DNA of 64,000 bases from Candidatus Collierbacteria bacterium RIFOXYD2_FULL_45_13 (GCA_001774685.1 MFAS01000001.1:351557-415556); one strand, 5' to 3'; shown: positions 38,450 through 48,350, counted from the first letter of the stretch. Made by a program: numbers and translations. The notes: generated by a model not told the origin, from the letters alone.

Positions 38450-38587
38450 TTAACTTAATAATCGGACCACAAATACTATCACCGCCACCACCAGCAACAG
38501 ATGAATCAGTCCTCCACCCAACCTCAACGAAAACCCACCCAACCAAGAGATAATCAGGATCAAAATAATAATATCCAAAATACTCAT
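38450..38587 (-). CDS. lmo0937/DUF5670-like small membrane protein, 45 aa, not in the ORF track
   Basis: Manual translation MSILDIIILILIISWLGGFSLRLGGGLIHLLLVVAVIVFVVRLLS. Confidence 0.8.
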   Translation of the reverse strand: MSILDIIILILIISWLGGFSLRLGGGLIHLLLVVAVIVFVVRLLS

Positions 38588-38750
38588 AAATCCATTCCTT
38601 TCATATTATTAATTTGTAAACAAACTTACAATTTAAGTATAGCAAAAAATATTATTCCATATACCCCGTGTGAGACACCATACCCCTTCGAATCTTTATA
38701 GTAGATTATTTCCAAATTAGTTATTGATATATACTTTATATCAAGAGATT

Positions 38751-39149
38751 ATGAACAACTCCTACACTTGGTACTCAACACTTATCAAACCTGCCTGGTC
38801 GCCTCCAGGTTGGCTTTTTGGTCCGGTGTGGACTTGTCTTTATATTTTGATCGCTATTTCTTTTGGGAAAGTGTTCTTGATGGGTTGGAAAAAAGAAATT
38901 GCTTTTATTGTTGTTCTACCTTTTATCCTCAATCTTGTTTTTAACCTTGCCTTTACTCCCTTGCAGTTTGGATTAAAGAATAATTTGTTTGCCGCTATCG
39001 ACATTCTTCTTGTCTTGGTCACTCTGGTCTGGTCCCTGGTTGCCATATATCCTCATGCCAAGTGGGTTACCTATATCCAAACTCCATACCTGCTGTGGGT
39101 ATCATTCGCCACAATTTTGCAGTTAACCATTACCTATTTAAATAAATAA
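38751..39149 (+). CDS. tspO: TspO/MBR family protein
   Basis: WYSTLIKPAWSPPGWLFGPVWT, PYLLWVSFA. Confidence 0.92.
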   Translation: MNNSYTWYSTLIKPAWSPPGWLFGPVWTCLYILIAISFGKVFLMGWKKEIAFIVVLPFILNLVFNLAFTPLQFGLKNNLFAAIDILLVLVTLVWSLVAIYPHAKWVTYIQTPYLLWVSFATILQLTITYLNK

Positions 39150-39150
39150 G

Positions 39151-39550
39151 GTGTTCGTCAAGCTCTATCTTATTGCCCTTCCTGTATTTTTGGCAATCGA
39201 TATGATTTGGCTGACTTTAGTTGCCAAGAATTTTTATGCCAAGCAGATCGGATTTTTAATGACAAAGAATCCAAATCTCTTGGCCGCCCTGATTTTTTTA
39301 TCTTATTTTTATTGCCGGATTGATCTTTTTTGTAATCACTCCTGCACTTGATAAAAAGATATGGACTCAAGCACTTCTGGCTGGGGCATTTTTCGGTCTC
39401 GTGACTTACGCCACATATGATCTCACAAATTTGGCCACTGTCAAAGACTGGCCGCTTCTGGTTACCATCATCGACCTTCTCTGGGGTATGACTCTCTCCG
39501 CCACCGTTTCCGCCATCACCTACTTTATCGCCACCAAAATTGGCATCTGA
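39151..39550 (+). pseudogene. DUF2177 family membrane protein split by a +1 frameshift
   Basis: Two overlapping ORFs join if T7 at 39293-39299 is T6; YATYDLTNLAT...W...D motif. Confidence 0.8.
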
Positions 39551-39555
39551 CCTTT

Positions 39556-39976
39556 TATCCAAAAACGGGCAGGGAATCCTTTTCTGTTGTCTGTTATAAC
39601 GAAATTCGAACTTATTTTCGGGACCATTACTAATCTATTGGCTCACCGATCAACACTTCATGTCTCGCGGTTCGCCACCGCCAGCCCTGCCGGTCCGCCT
39701 TTGGCGGAGGCGGAAACCCTTGCGCGCGATTAATAATGTATCCCGACTGCGGTCGGGATAATTGCTCTTTCGAGCAAGCGCCAGCTATCACTGTCGCATC
39801 TTTATGTTCGCCACAACTTCACATCCAGTGATTGTGGCGAAACTGTTCTCAATATATGGCTCGAATTTCAAACTCGCCATAAAATATCAGCTAGTTAGGA
39901 AAAGATTTTACTATCTGATATTCCAGAATTGAGACAGCATTTGGCCTTCAGGCCAAAGTGCCTGCTCCGCAGGCAC
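39556..39976 (+). repeat. att-like junction plus structured element, copy 1
   Basis: Recombinase 3'-end remnant, core TGTTG at 39585-39589, then a block closely similar to 45757-46204. Confidence 0.9.
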
Positions 39977-40027
39977 AATAACTATTTCTGGTTGCTATGA
40001 TACACAGAAAGACATAAAATACAAACA

Positions 40028-40555
40028 ATGGAACAAATAATTTTAGCGAGACACTGTCAGACAGATCTATTAGCCTCTGGTGATAGTAGTACAAGAAGAA
40101 ACGATTCTCCTTTATCAGAGTTGGGATTGAAGCAAGCAGCTCAAGTCAGTAAGTTTGTAAACAAATTCGAATATGATGCAGTTTTTTCAAGTTTGTTTAT
40201 TCGAACGATAAAAACAGCAGAAATAATAAACGAGAACAAAAAACCTCAATTCGCCAATATTAATTTGAGTGAGTATTTTGCCGGTGACGACGGAAAAGGA
40301 AGAGAATCAACAACTATGGGAATAGCTAGAACGATGTCTTTTATTTACCCCATGTTTGATCTATACAAATCAATTGTAATTGTCGGTCACAACGCCATAA
40401 ACTCCACAATTCTTAGGTCTTTTCTTAATATGGAATTTGAGGAGGCTGAAGGCTATTTCAAATCAGTCGGTCAAGTACTGGTACTTAGACGAGATTGGCA
40501 AAAAGGAGATAAGGTTTGGCACATAGAGGACAAATTTACCCCTGACCAAGAATAA
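40028..40555 (+). CDS. Histidine phosphatase family protein
   Basis: LARHCQT, LSELGLKQA, SSLFIRT.KTA, IVIVGH. Confidence 0.85.
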   Translation: MEQIILARHCQTDLLASGDSSTRRNDSPLSELGLKQAAQVSKFVNKFEYDAVFSSLFIRTIKTAEIINENKKPQFANINLSEYFAGDDGKGRESTTMGIARTMSFIYPMFDLYKSIVIVGHNAINSTILRSFLNMEFEEAEGYFKSVGQVLVLRRDWQKGDKVWHIEDKFTPDQE

Positions 40556-40556
40556 T

Positions 40557-41663
40557 TTATTTAATTGTTGAGTTTAATAGAGAGATCACCTCTTTGGCGT
40601 GAGTCTCTATAGAGAATTTATCTCTTCGCTTCTCTGATTCCAGTTCATATATTCTTCTTATCTTAGGGTCGAGTAATTTATCTATGGCCTCCGCAAATAA
40701 TTTTGTATCACCAGTTAGAGTAATAATTCCACCACTTCCTATGTATTCTGGCACCGAAGCTTCATTAAGCCCCAAACAAGCCTTGCCTTCATAAATAAAG
40801 TTTGGAATTGTTCCAGAACCCTGAAATATTTCATCTCCATCTGGTTGTCTATACGGGAATATTCCAAATGCGCTATATGAAGAAAGATATTTATATTCTT
40901 TTGAATTTAAGTATTTATCTACTACATAAATTTCAGCCTTTCCAATTATTTTTTTATCAAAGCCTAACTTTTTATACCAACCTCTTCCCGCAATAACCAA
41001 TCTCATCTTTTTATTTACATAAGTTAGTGAATTTACTAGGAATTCATGATCTTTGTAATTAGCAGGGAATCCAGGCAAATACACTGTTGGTACGCTTTCA
41101 GAATGGTTAAATGTATTTTTGAATTCTCGGATTTCGCTTTCTGATAATATTTCATGAGAATGGGTTTCGGGAAGAAAAGAAACCACCCCCGATAAAGAAT
41201 TACCGGATTGTTTTTCCATATACTTTCTAGCAAATGTTCCAAAAAATAAGTAGGACTTGAAAAATTCACATACTGCCTTTTCCACTTCTTTCTGAGTTTT
41301 ATCATCTTTGAGATATTGAGAAAATAAGTTCCTGCTTAGAAAATGGGTAAAATATATTGGATTATTTATTTTCTTTCCGATATTTGATAACACAACAGGT
41401 AGGTACTGTTCAATATCATTCTTTCCATAATGAAAAATAACTGAGTCATATTTATCAAAATCAATTCTTGAGGCGATTTTAGAAACGATCTCTTTGACTC
41501 TATCTGATGAAAGCCACTCCCTCTTTGCTACATCAAAAGCCGACTCTTCTTTTGTCGATCCATCAATATCAACTAAAATATTATGTTCGCGCAGTATCTC
41601 AGATAGTCTATTTACATAAACATCAATGCCACCGCTCGATGGGGAAATCATTAATATTTTCAT
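40557..41663 (-). CDS. Glycosyltransferase (GT-B, GT4-like)
   Basis: MKILMISPSSGGI, FPY...SGT, PEYIG..G. Confidence 0.75.
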   Translation of the reverse strand: MKILMISPSSGGIDVYVNRLSEILREHNILVDIDGSTKEESAFDVAKREWLSSDRVKEIVSKIASRIDFDKYDSVIFHYGKNDIEQYLPVVLSNIGKKINNPIYFTHFLSRNLFSQYLKDDKTQKEVEKAVCEFFKSYLFFGTFARKYMEKQSGNSLSGVVSFLPETHSHEILSESEIREFKNTFNHSESVPTVYLPGFPANYKDHEFLVNSLTYVNKKMRLVIAGRGWYKKLGFDKKIIGKAEIYVVDKYLNSKEYKYLSSYSAFGIFPYRQPDGDEIFQGSGTIPNFIYEGKACLGLNEASVPEYIGSGGIITLTGDTKLFAEAIDKLLDPKIRRIYELESEKRRDKFSIETHAKEVISLLNSTIK

Positions 41664-42703
41664 TTTAGAAGTTCTTCATATACCTTTAAGCTTTCATCAA
41701 TCATATGCTCCCTATGAAATTCCGCATTGAGCCTATCATAATTCACTTTATATTTAGACAATTCCTTTATTTTCCTTAGGATGTTTTCAACATTACTTGG
41801 GTCTACATACTCAATCGCTTCATTTGGTTGAAACTCTTTATATACCTGACAATCTTCGTTTACTAACGCAGGCAAGCCAAGTGCTAGTGCTTCAGCTAAT
41901 GCTAATCCAAAACCCTCGACTCTAGAGGTTGACAAAAAGACATCGCAGTTCTTCCAGATATTAACTTGATCTTGTCTCGCTAGGTTGTTAAGGATTACGA
42001 CATTTTCTTTTTTTAGATCATCTCGCAATACCTCTTCAATTGAATTTCCAATATTCAGAATCCAATTTATATCATTTGGAGATTCAGCAATTAGTACCTT
42101 TAATAGGTCAAAGCCCTTCATTAGGGTAGTTTTTCCACACCAAAAAACATTGATTTTGTCTCGAGCAATACATTCAGGTATGCGTACTGATTCTGGAATA
42201 ATTAAAGTATTCGTATCAATGCTGTTGTGGATTACACGGACGTCCTTGAGGCCGTATTTTTTCATAATATCTTTTTTGGCAAACTCACTAACGGCTAAAA
42301 CCATATCGGCATTTAGACACAGTTCTTTTTCCAGTTGAGCCAAATTATCCAAGTCGATCCCGAAAAGGGTTGTGGCGCTCGGATCAGATCTCACCACCAC
42401 CCTTGCGAACCTACTTTGGCGTTTTGAGTAGTCTAGTAGTTCAAATTTCCAGTTAGAGCACTCTACAATGTCAGGTTTGAACTTCTCAACCACCTCCGAA
42501 ACCATTTCTGAATACAAAATAGGGTCTTTGGTAGTTGGAAGGGTAACTATGTTGATCCCAGGCATGGAAAACTCCCTCTGGGTAATACAGCTTACTCTCC
42601 ACCCGCTACTCGTCAAACCAGCCATAATAGCCTTGAAAAGCACGCAAACTCCTCCTCGGTCAATGTCCCCAATGTCCTTGTGTACGAAGCAAATTGATTT
42701 CAT
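41660..42703 (-). CDS. Glycosyltransferase family 4
   Basis: AVSEF, KGFDLL, SRVEGFGLALAEALALG. Confidence 0.9.
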   Translation of the reverse strand: MKSICFVHKDIGDIDRGGVCVLFKAIMAGLTSSGWRVSCITQREFSMPGINIVTLPTTKDPILYSEMVSEVVEKFKPDIVECSNWKFELLDYSKRQSRFARVVVRSDPSATTLFGIDLDNLAQLEKELCLNADMVLAVSEFAKKDIMKKYGLKDVRVIHNSIDTNTLIIPESVRIPECIARDKINVFWCGKTTLMKGFDLLKVLIAESPNDINWILNIGNSIEEVLRDDLKKENVVILNNLARQDQVNIWKNCDVFLSTSRVEGFGLALAEALALGLPALVNEDCQVYKEFQPNEAIEYVDPSNVENILRKIKELSKYKVNYDRLNAEFHREHMIDESLKVYEELLK

Positions 42704-42729
42704 ATGGTTTAGTAGTATAATTATATAGG

Positions 42730-43779
42730 ATGAAAACAAAGCTGTCCATGCCTGAATTCACGTTTCTTCTTATCAGTAGAAACGCCTCAAATACTATTCT
42801 AAAGACTATCCAGTCAATTAGAAAGCTGTCTCGTGGCAAGAATATCGAAATTATACTGGTGGATGATCATTCGGAGGATGCCACTGTTTCTATGGCCAAA
42901 CCACTCTGCGACAAGGTTTTGGTAAACAAAGCTAGAATGGGGATTGGCTTTTCTAGGCAAAAAGGGTTAGCCTTGGCATCAGCCAATAGAGTGTTTATCA
43001 TCGATTCCGACATTGAAATAACATCAATAAATTTTAAGAAACTGGATCAGTTATTTTCTGAAGGCATTGTGGCTATTTCAGGTAGTTATAATTCCAACGA
43101 CAATCAGTCAAACTGGAATAAAGCTCTTGATCTGAGAAGAAAATATATTTATTTCAAGGATAAGAGGGTGTCCATAGCGGACAAGAGCCGATATGTAACT
43201 TTTTCAGGAGGATTTTGTGTCATTGATATAGAGAAGATTGGTGGAATAAAATATTTTGGAAAGAAAGACACTTCGGCAGAAGATGTTTTATTTCAGCTAA
43301 AGCTATTACATCGTGGCCTAAAGACTGCTTATTCACCGGCATTGGTGGGTATTCACCACCACCATCGAAACACCAGAAGTTTTTTCCAAAAAGTTATGGC
43401 CGATTCCGTCGCCTATCCATGGTTGATGTCCTTATGTCTAAAAAATAAAATAAGTATGCCAGTTTTGGAACAAGCCTTCAATTTTCCAATTTTTCTGATC
43501 ACCTCATTTTTTATACCTAATCTTCAAATAAAATTACTATTGCTAATACTAGAGTTTTTCCCACAGATATACATATTATTCACAGAAAGATTCAGTCCTA
43601 ATTCCATAAGATTGCTTATTTATGCCATTGCTCAATCTTTAATAAAGGTATTAGCCTGCGCTAAAGATTTAATTTTTGGTAAATATAGTTCGTCAGACAG
43701 GATTCTATATATAAAAAATCTATTAACCTCTGATTTTATTTCAAAAACTAACTGGTTTAAGCAGACATTTATCCAATAA
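42730..43779 (+). CDS. Glycosyltransferase family 2
   Basis: EIILVDDHSEDAT, IDSD (DxD), AED; C-terminal TM helices. Confidence 0.88.
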   Translation: MKTKLSMPEFTFLLISRNASNTILKTIQSIRKLSRGKNIEIILVDDHSEDATVSMAKPLCDKVLVNKARMGIGFSRQKGLALASANRVFIIDSDIEITSINFKKLDQLFSEGIVAISGSYNSNDNQSNWNKALDLRRKYIYFKDKRVSIADKSRYVTFSGGFCVIDIEKIGGIKYFGKKDTSAEDVLFQLKLLHRGLKTAYSPALVGIHHHHRNTRSFFQKVMADSVAYPWLMSLCLKNKISMPVLEQAFNFPIFLITSFFIPNLQIKLLLLILEFFPQIYILFTERFSPNSIRLLIYAIAQSLIKVLACAKDLIFGKYSSSDRILYIKNLLTSDFISKTNWFKQTFIQ

Positions 43780-43785
43780 AAAAAT

Positions 43786-44913
43786 ATGGAATTTGAAGTA
43801 AACAAGGAAATAAACCAGTGTAACCCGTACGAAAGATCTGTGGGCGGGTCATTGTTTCGAATCTATGCCACCGAAGCGCAGATTAAATACGTAGACAGAG
43901 TCTTAGAAGGTTCGATAGATGAGTTCAGGGACAGTACCCAAGAGGCTATTGAAGTCGTTTGTACAGACAACACTGAGCTTTCAGAAGATATATTAAGCAA
44001 ATCATCTCTACAAGAAAACTCATCAGCTCTAATCGCCGGAGAGATTGAAGGTGGTAAATTTGTCAGTCTAAAAGGTGTATTCATGGATATTCTAATGTCA
44101 AAAACCGACAATACCCCGTTAACTCATATTTCAATAAGCCAAAATCCTGAATACGGAGCAATTACCTTTATTAAGTCGTATTTGTTAAATAAATATGTAA
44201 ACCAGCAGGAGGCTCTGGTGTTTCACGCAGGGTCGATGACATCATTAGACAATTCATCAAGCTTCGTAATATCTGCCTTAAGTCATCACATTAACAACGG
44301 TGATAACTCAGGAAAAACAACCGCCATATTAGCAAGTTGTGCTAGAGAAAACGCCAACTTCGCATATTCGTCAAACGATGAAGTTATTTTATCTATTTTA
44401 GATAACGCCACTGAGGTTAAAGCGCTTCCGTTTCCAAGTCAGATCACGATAAGGGGAAAATCATTAGAAACGTTAAAGACTGATGGAGTAAATTTCAATC
44501 TCGAAGATTGGAATGGTGTTGATAGTATTACTGGTCAATCTGTAAGTGTGGTCACTCCAAGAGGGGTGATTGAAGCGGGATATCAGGTCTTACCCGTGAA
44601 TCCATCCAGATTAGATTGGTGCTTCATAGAAATTGACCCAAACTTGGCTGATTATTCTTGTGTAGAAGCAGATCCGCAAGCATCAAGACAGCTTTTTTGG
44701 GGTGCAGTTTCAAAAAGAAGAATGAATCAAGCCTTAAACCCATTGTTTTTAGGAGAAACAAGTAACACCCAAGCTTATGATCCAATTACATGTCAGCCAA
44801 AGGTGGATGAAATATTCAATCGTTTGGTCTTATCCGGTACAAAATTTTACATTCTTCGAGGAGGAGCAGACAGGGATAAATTAAACGCAATCTTTACTAA
44901 GTTAAAGCGATAA
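43786..44913 (+). CDS. P-loop protein, HPr-kinase-related
   Basis: FHAG..., GDNSGKTT, SNDE pattern. Confidence 0.55.
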   Translation: MEFEVNKEINQCNPYERSVGGSLFRIYATEAQIKYVDRVLEGSIDEFRDSTQEAIEVVCTDNTELSEDILSKSSLQENSSALIAGEIEGGKFVSLKGVFMDILMSKTDNTPLTHISISQNPEYGAITFIKSYLLNKYVNQQEALVFHAGSMTSLDNSSSFVISALSHHINNGDNSGKTTAILASCARENANFAYSSNDEVILSILDNATEVKALPFPSQITIRGKSLETLKTDGVNFNLEDWNGVDSITGQSVSVVTPRGVIEAGYQVLPVNPSRLDWCFIEIDPNLADYSCVEADPQASRQLFWGAVSKRRMNQALNPLFLGETSNTQAYDPITCQPKVDEIFNRLVLSGTKFYILRGGADRDKLNAIFTKLKR

Positions 44914-44916
44914 AAG

Positions 44917-45708
44917 ATGAAATACAAAGCTTTATTGCTCGATATTGATGGCGTCTTGCTTAACAAGGAGGATGATACGGATCAGAAAACTTGGGAAGCA
45001 ATAAATGATCTCATCGCCCGTGGTATTCAGGTATCCTTTGTAACTTCGCGCCCATACGGACTAGCGTCACATCTTGTCAAAAAGATATCTGACCACGGTA
45101 TCCATGTATTTGAAAATGGAAACTTTATTTATGAACCAAAAGACAAAAAGGTTCATAAAGCTGAGTACTTAGAAACACAGCTCTCCGGAGAAGTTATTCA
45201 GATGGTAAAACCTCATGAAGGAAATATAAAAATAGGGTACTCGTTGGGAGACAAGTTTATGGTTAATGAAAACTACTTCGATAATTTGAAGTCATATATG
45301 CCGGTAAACGACTACTCAAAAATAGATGAATATTGTGAATATAACTACGTTTCAATTTGGCTCAAAGATATTCCAAGTTATTTCGGCAAAAAAATTATTG
45401 AGATTGTAAAAAACAATGCCCGTATTAATATCTATCATCAAAACGAACTTCTTGATTCGGTATTTATCCACCCAGAATCAGGCAATAAATTGGAGGGGGT
45501 AAAAGAGTTATCAAAATTAACGGGAAGATCTCTAGAGTCCTCGGTCTTTATCGGAAATGATTCGGATGATATCTGCTTGGCTCGTGAGGTCGGACTTTCG
45601 GCGACTCCAGCAAATGGCATTGATGAACTCAAGAAAGTTTCAGTTATTGTCTCAAGCTATGAGTATTCACTTTCAATAAGCGATATCATACAAAAAGTGT
45701 GGGGATAA
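44917..45708 (+). CDS. HAD-superfamily (Cof-type) hydrolase
   Basis: LDIDGVL, TSRP, ENG, NK, IGNDSDD. Confidence 0.88.
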   Translation: MKYKALLLDIDGVLLNKEDDTDQKTWEAINDLIARGIQVSFVTSRPYGLASHLVKKISDHGIHVFENGNFIYEPKDKKVHKAEYLETQLSGEVIQMVKPHEGNIKIGYSLGDKFMVNENYFDNLKSYMPVNDYSKIDEYCEYNYVSIWLKDIPSYFGKKIIEIVKNNARINIYHQNELLDSVFIHPESGNKLEGVKELSKLTGRSLESSVFIGNDSDDICLAREVGLSATPANGIDELKKVSVIVSSYEYSLSISDIIQKVWG

Positions 45709-45714
45709 ACTATC

Positions 45715-46204
45715 CGCGCGGGCGACATATCCGACTGATGCCGGAAAATCTCAATCTGTTGTCTGTTATAACGAAATTCGAACTTATTTTCGGGACCATT
45801 ACTAATCTATTGGCTCACCGATCAACACTTCGTGTCTCGCGGTTCGCCACCGCCTGCCCTGCCGGTCCGCCTTTGGCGGAGGCGGAACCACTTGCGCGCG
45901 ATTAATAATGTATCCCGACCTCATCATCATTGCGAGGTTCGGTGCTCCGAGCCGTGGCAATCTCACACCATTCTGATTCGGTCGTGATGGTTGCTCTTGC
46001 GAGCAAGCGCCAGCGTTCGCTGTCGCATCTTTATGTTCGTCCCAACTTCGCATTCAGCGATTGGGACGAAACAGTCTCAATATATGCTCAAATTAGCAAT
46101 TTCGCCATAAAATATCAGCTAGTTAGGAGAATATTTTACTAGCTGATATTTAGGACTTGAGACAGCATTTGGCCTGTCGGCCAAAGTGCCTGCTTCGCAG
46201 GCAC
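45715..46204 (+). repeat. att-like junction plus structured element, copy 2
   Basis: GCGCGGGCGAC remnant, core TGTTG at 45757-45761, same hairpin series as copy 1 with an insertion in one loop. Confidence 0.9.
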
Positions 46205-46220
46205 AAAATATTTTGAGTAA

Positions 46221-46258
46221 TTGACAGTAATGTATACGTTGTCATACAATGTATACAT
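46221..46258 (+). promoter_or_regulatory. Promoter with repeated operator boxes, leaderless
   Basis: TTGACA-18 bp-TACAAT; ATGTATAC twice; palindrome ATGTATACAT abutting the ATG. Confidence 0.7.
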
Positions 46259-46657
46259 ATGACAACCAACAAAGTTCTCAACGCCAGAGTTTCAGACAAG
46301 CTATACGAAAAAATATCTGATAAAGCTAAGAAAAATAGAACTACTGTTTCTAACTTAATCAGAAACTTAGTCGAAGATGCATTGGAGATCCACGAAGATT
46401 TTCATGAAGCCGTAGACAAGAAAATCAGGAAATATCTTTCAGAAACTGAAAAACAAGACATTTTGGGATACCAGGAGATGGTACTTGTTAAAGATACTGA
46501 ATGCGACAACTGTGGTATGTTACTCAAAGTATCAGAAACAGCATATTTTGCCTTTTTCGAAGACAGGGATGTTAAGGCTATTCTCTGTGCCACCTGTAAA
46601 AACGAAAGTTTACAACCGGAGAAAACAAAAGCGCATGAGAATACTTCAAATAAGTAA
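46259..46657 (+). CDS. Ribbon-helix-helix (CopG-like) regulator with a C-terminal zinc ribbon
   Basis: LNARVSDKLYEKI...TVSNLIRNLV; CDNC...CATC. Confidence 0.75.
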   Translation: MTTNKVLNARVSDKLYEKISDKAKKNRTTVSNLIRNLVEDALEIHEDFHEAVDKKIRKYLSETEKQDILGYQEMVLVKDTECDNCGMLLKVSETAYFAFFEDRDVKAILCATCKNESLQPEKTKAHENTSNK

Positions 46658-48008
46658 GGAGTTACTTGCCCTAAGTATCCAAACTAAGCCTTGGGATAAA
46701 GATGGGTTTGCCTCTAAAACAAATGCTATCTTGATTCGAAAGTCCCTAGAGAGATTGGGTTCTGTATTTGTGAAGTTGGGGCAGATGTTGGCATTGCGGC
46801 CAGATTTTATCCCTGTCATTTTTTGCAATGAGCTATACAAACTACTAGATCAAGTTCCCCCTTTCGAGTCAAAACTTGCACTAGACATCCTTCGACATGA
46901 GCTCGGAAATAATAAATTCTCAAAACTTCTAGAACTCAATCCCAATCCTGTTGCCTCAGCTTCCTTTGCACAAGTTCATAAAGCAAAATTGGCTAATGGT
47001 GATGTTGTGGCTGTCAAAATTCAAAGACCAAATGTTGAACTGGTGATTCACGGAGATTTAGCAATTATGAGGTTCATGTCAAAATTATTTGATTTTTGGT
47101 TCCACCCAGCAAATAAGTTAATAAACATCGTGGAAGAGTTTGAAGCCTGGACAAAAGATGAGCTTGATTATTCACTAGAGGCCAGCAATATAGAAAAGTT
47201 TAATGACACTGCCGAGCTTGTGGGAGATGGTATTCGTGGTCCAAATGTATACAGGGAACTAAGTACATCTAAGGTGATAACAATGGAATTCATTGATGGT
47301 TACAGCTTAACCAAAATAATTACCCTTTTGCAAGAAGGAAATAAGAAACAAGTTCGAGAGCTTGGTTTTGATGGTAAAGATATTGTCGATAAATTAATCA
47401 AAAATATGTTGGAAATGTCCCATGTTCATGGTTTCTTCCATGCGGACCCTCACCCAGCCAATATTATTTTCACCCTAGAAAAAGAACTGGTATTAATTGA
47501 TTTTGGCATAGTGGGCAATCTTTCAAGAAAAGAAAGAACCCTAATGCTAAGGTACTTCCGAACACTAATGGCAGGCAATGCTAAGGATTCGTTTGATTCG
47601 TTACTTGAACTTTGTGGTAATAAACAACCAGAAAATTTAGACCAAGTCAAAGAACGATATTCTACTTTGATTGATAAGTTTGCGGCAACATTCAGTTCAA
47701 AAACTTACTTGGAGCAACAAATAAAGTCTGGCCCCATTCTAGCCGAAACACTTAGTCTTATGCAAGGTAATGGTATGAAAGTTCCAGTTAGCATTGTCAG
47801 ATACTTCAAGGCATTCGAAACAGTCGAGGGTCTGATTTTTGCACTTTACCCAAAACTACAAATCCAAGATATGCTCAAAGAATTTAGGCGGGTATCAATA
47901 ATAAATATCGTCGATTCCATCCCCACAAAATTTGATTCGGTAAACATTGATTCCTTAATGCTCAAGATTATCGATTCTGTGGAAAAAAGTTTGTTACTTG
48001 ACGACTAG
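46635..48008 (+). CDS. ABC1/AarF/UbiB family atypical kinase
   Basis: VKLGQ, ASASFAQVHKA, VAVKIQRP, FHADPHPAN, DFG; likely start MRILQIS. Confidence 0.92.
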   Translation: MRILQISKELLALSIQTKPWDKDGFASKTNAILIRKSLERLGSVFVKLGQMLALRPDFIPVIFCNELYKLLDQVPPFESKLALDILRHELGNNKFSKLLELNPNPVASASFAQVHKAKLANGDVVAVKIQRPNVELVIHGDLAIMRFMSKLFDFWFHPANKLINIVEEFEAWTKDELDYSLEASNIEKFNDTAELVGDGIRGPNVYRELSTSKVITMEFIDGYSLTKIITLLQEGNKKQVRELGFDGKDIVDKLIKNMLEMSHVHGFFHADPHPANIIFTLEKELVLIDFGIVGNLSRKERTLMLRYFRTLMAGNAKDSFDSLLELCGNKQPENLDQVKERYSTLIDKFAATFSSKTYLEQQIKSGPILAETLSLMQGNGMKVPVSIVRYFKAFETVEGLIFALYPKLQIQDMLKEFRRVSIINIVDSIPTKFDSVNIDSLMLKIIDSVEKSLLLDD

Positions 48009-48047
48009 GAAGACTAGCGGAACAACGTTAAGGGTTACAATAAAAGT

Positions 48048-48344
48048 ATGAGCAAAGCATTTCGACTACTTTTTATTACAATACTAATATTTTCAGCATA
48101 TCATCTGATCCGTGATTTACTCACAAATTTTGGAATTCATAACTATATTGTAGATTTTGCACATCGTCCTCACTTGTGGTGTGGAAAATTTTATCCTTGG
48201 GTTTGTCATTGGATTACAGTTCCTCCTGAGATTTTTACGTTAATAGTGTCAATAATCGTATTAAAGCGAAACAGGGTAGGAGTACTTGGGTTTTTAGTTT
48301 TATTACAAGTACCACTGTGGTTATTATTAGTCTTGTTACCTTAG
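48048..48344 (+). CDS. Hypothetical membrane protein
   Basis: 98 aa, hydrophobic. Confidence 0.65.
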   Translation: MSKAFRLLFITILIFSAYHLIRDLLTNFGIHNYIVDFAHRPHLWCGKFYPWVCHWITVPPEIFTLIVSIIVLKRNRVGVLGFLVLLQVPLWLLLVLLP

Positions 48345-48350
48345 CAAATA

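Noticed and set aside
39635-39976. Group II intron, tmRNA or RNase P identity for the structured element
   Set aside because: I could not recognise a domain V, tRNA-like ends or P4 consensus by eye; an Rfam search is needed.
45699-46142. ORFs 45699-45905, 45802-46053 and 45930-46142
   Set aside because: They overlap the structured repeat and their frames are not preserved in copy 1; likely spurious.
39556-46204. Repeats as a CRISPR array or classical integron attC sites
   Set aside because: The units are ~400 bp and kilobases apart, with no short repeat-spacer period, no cas or intI gene, and no RYYYAAC...GTTRRRY boxes.
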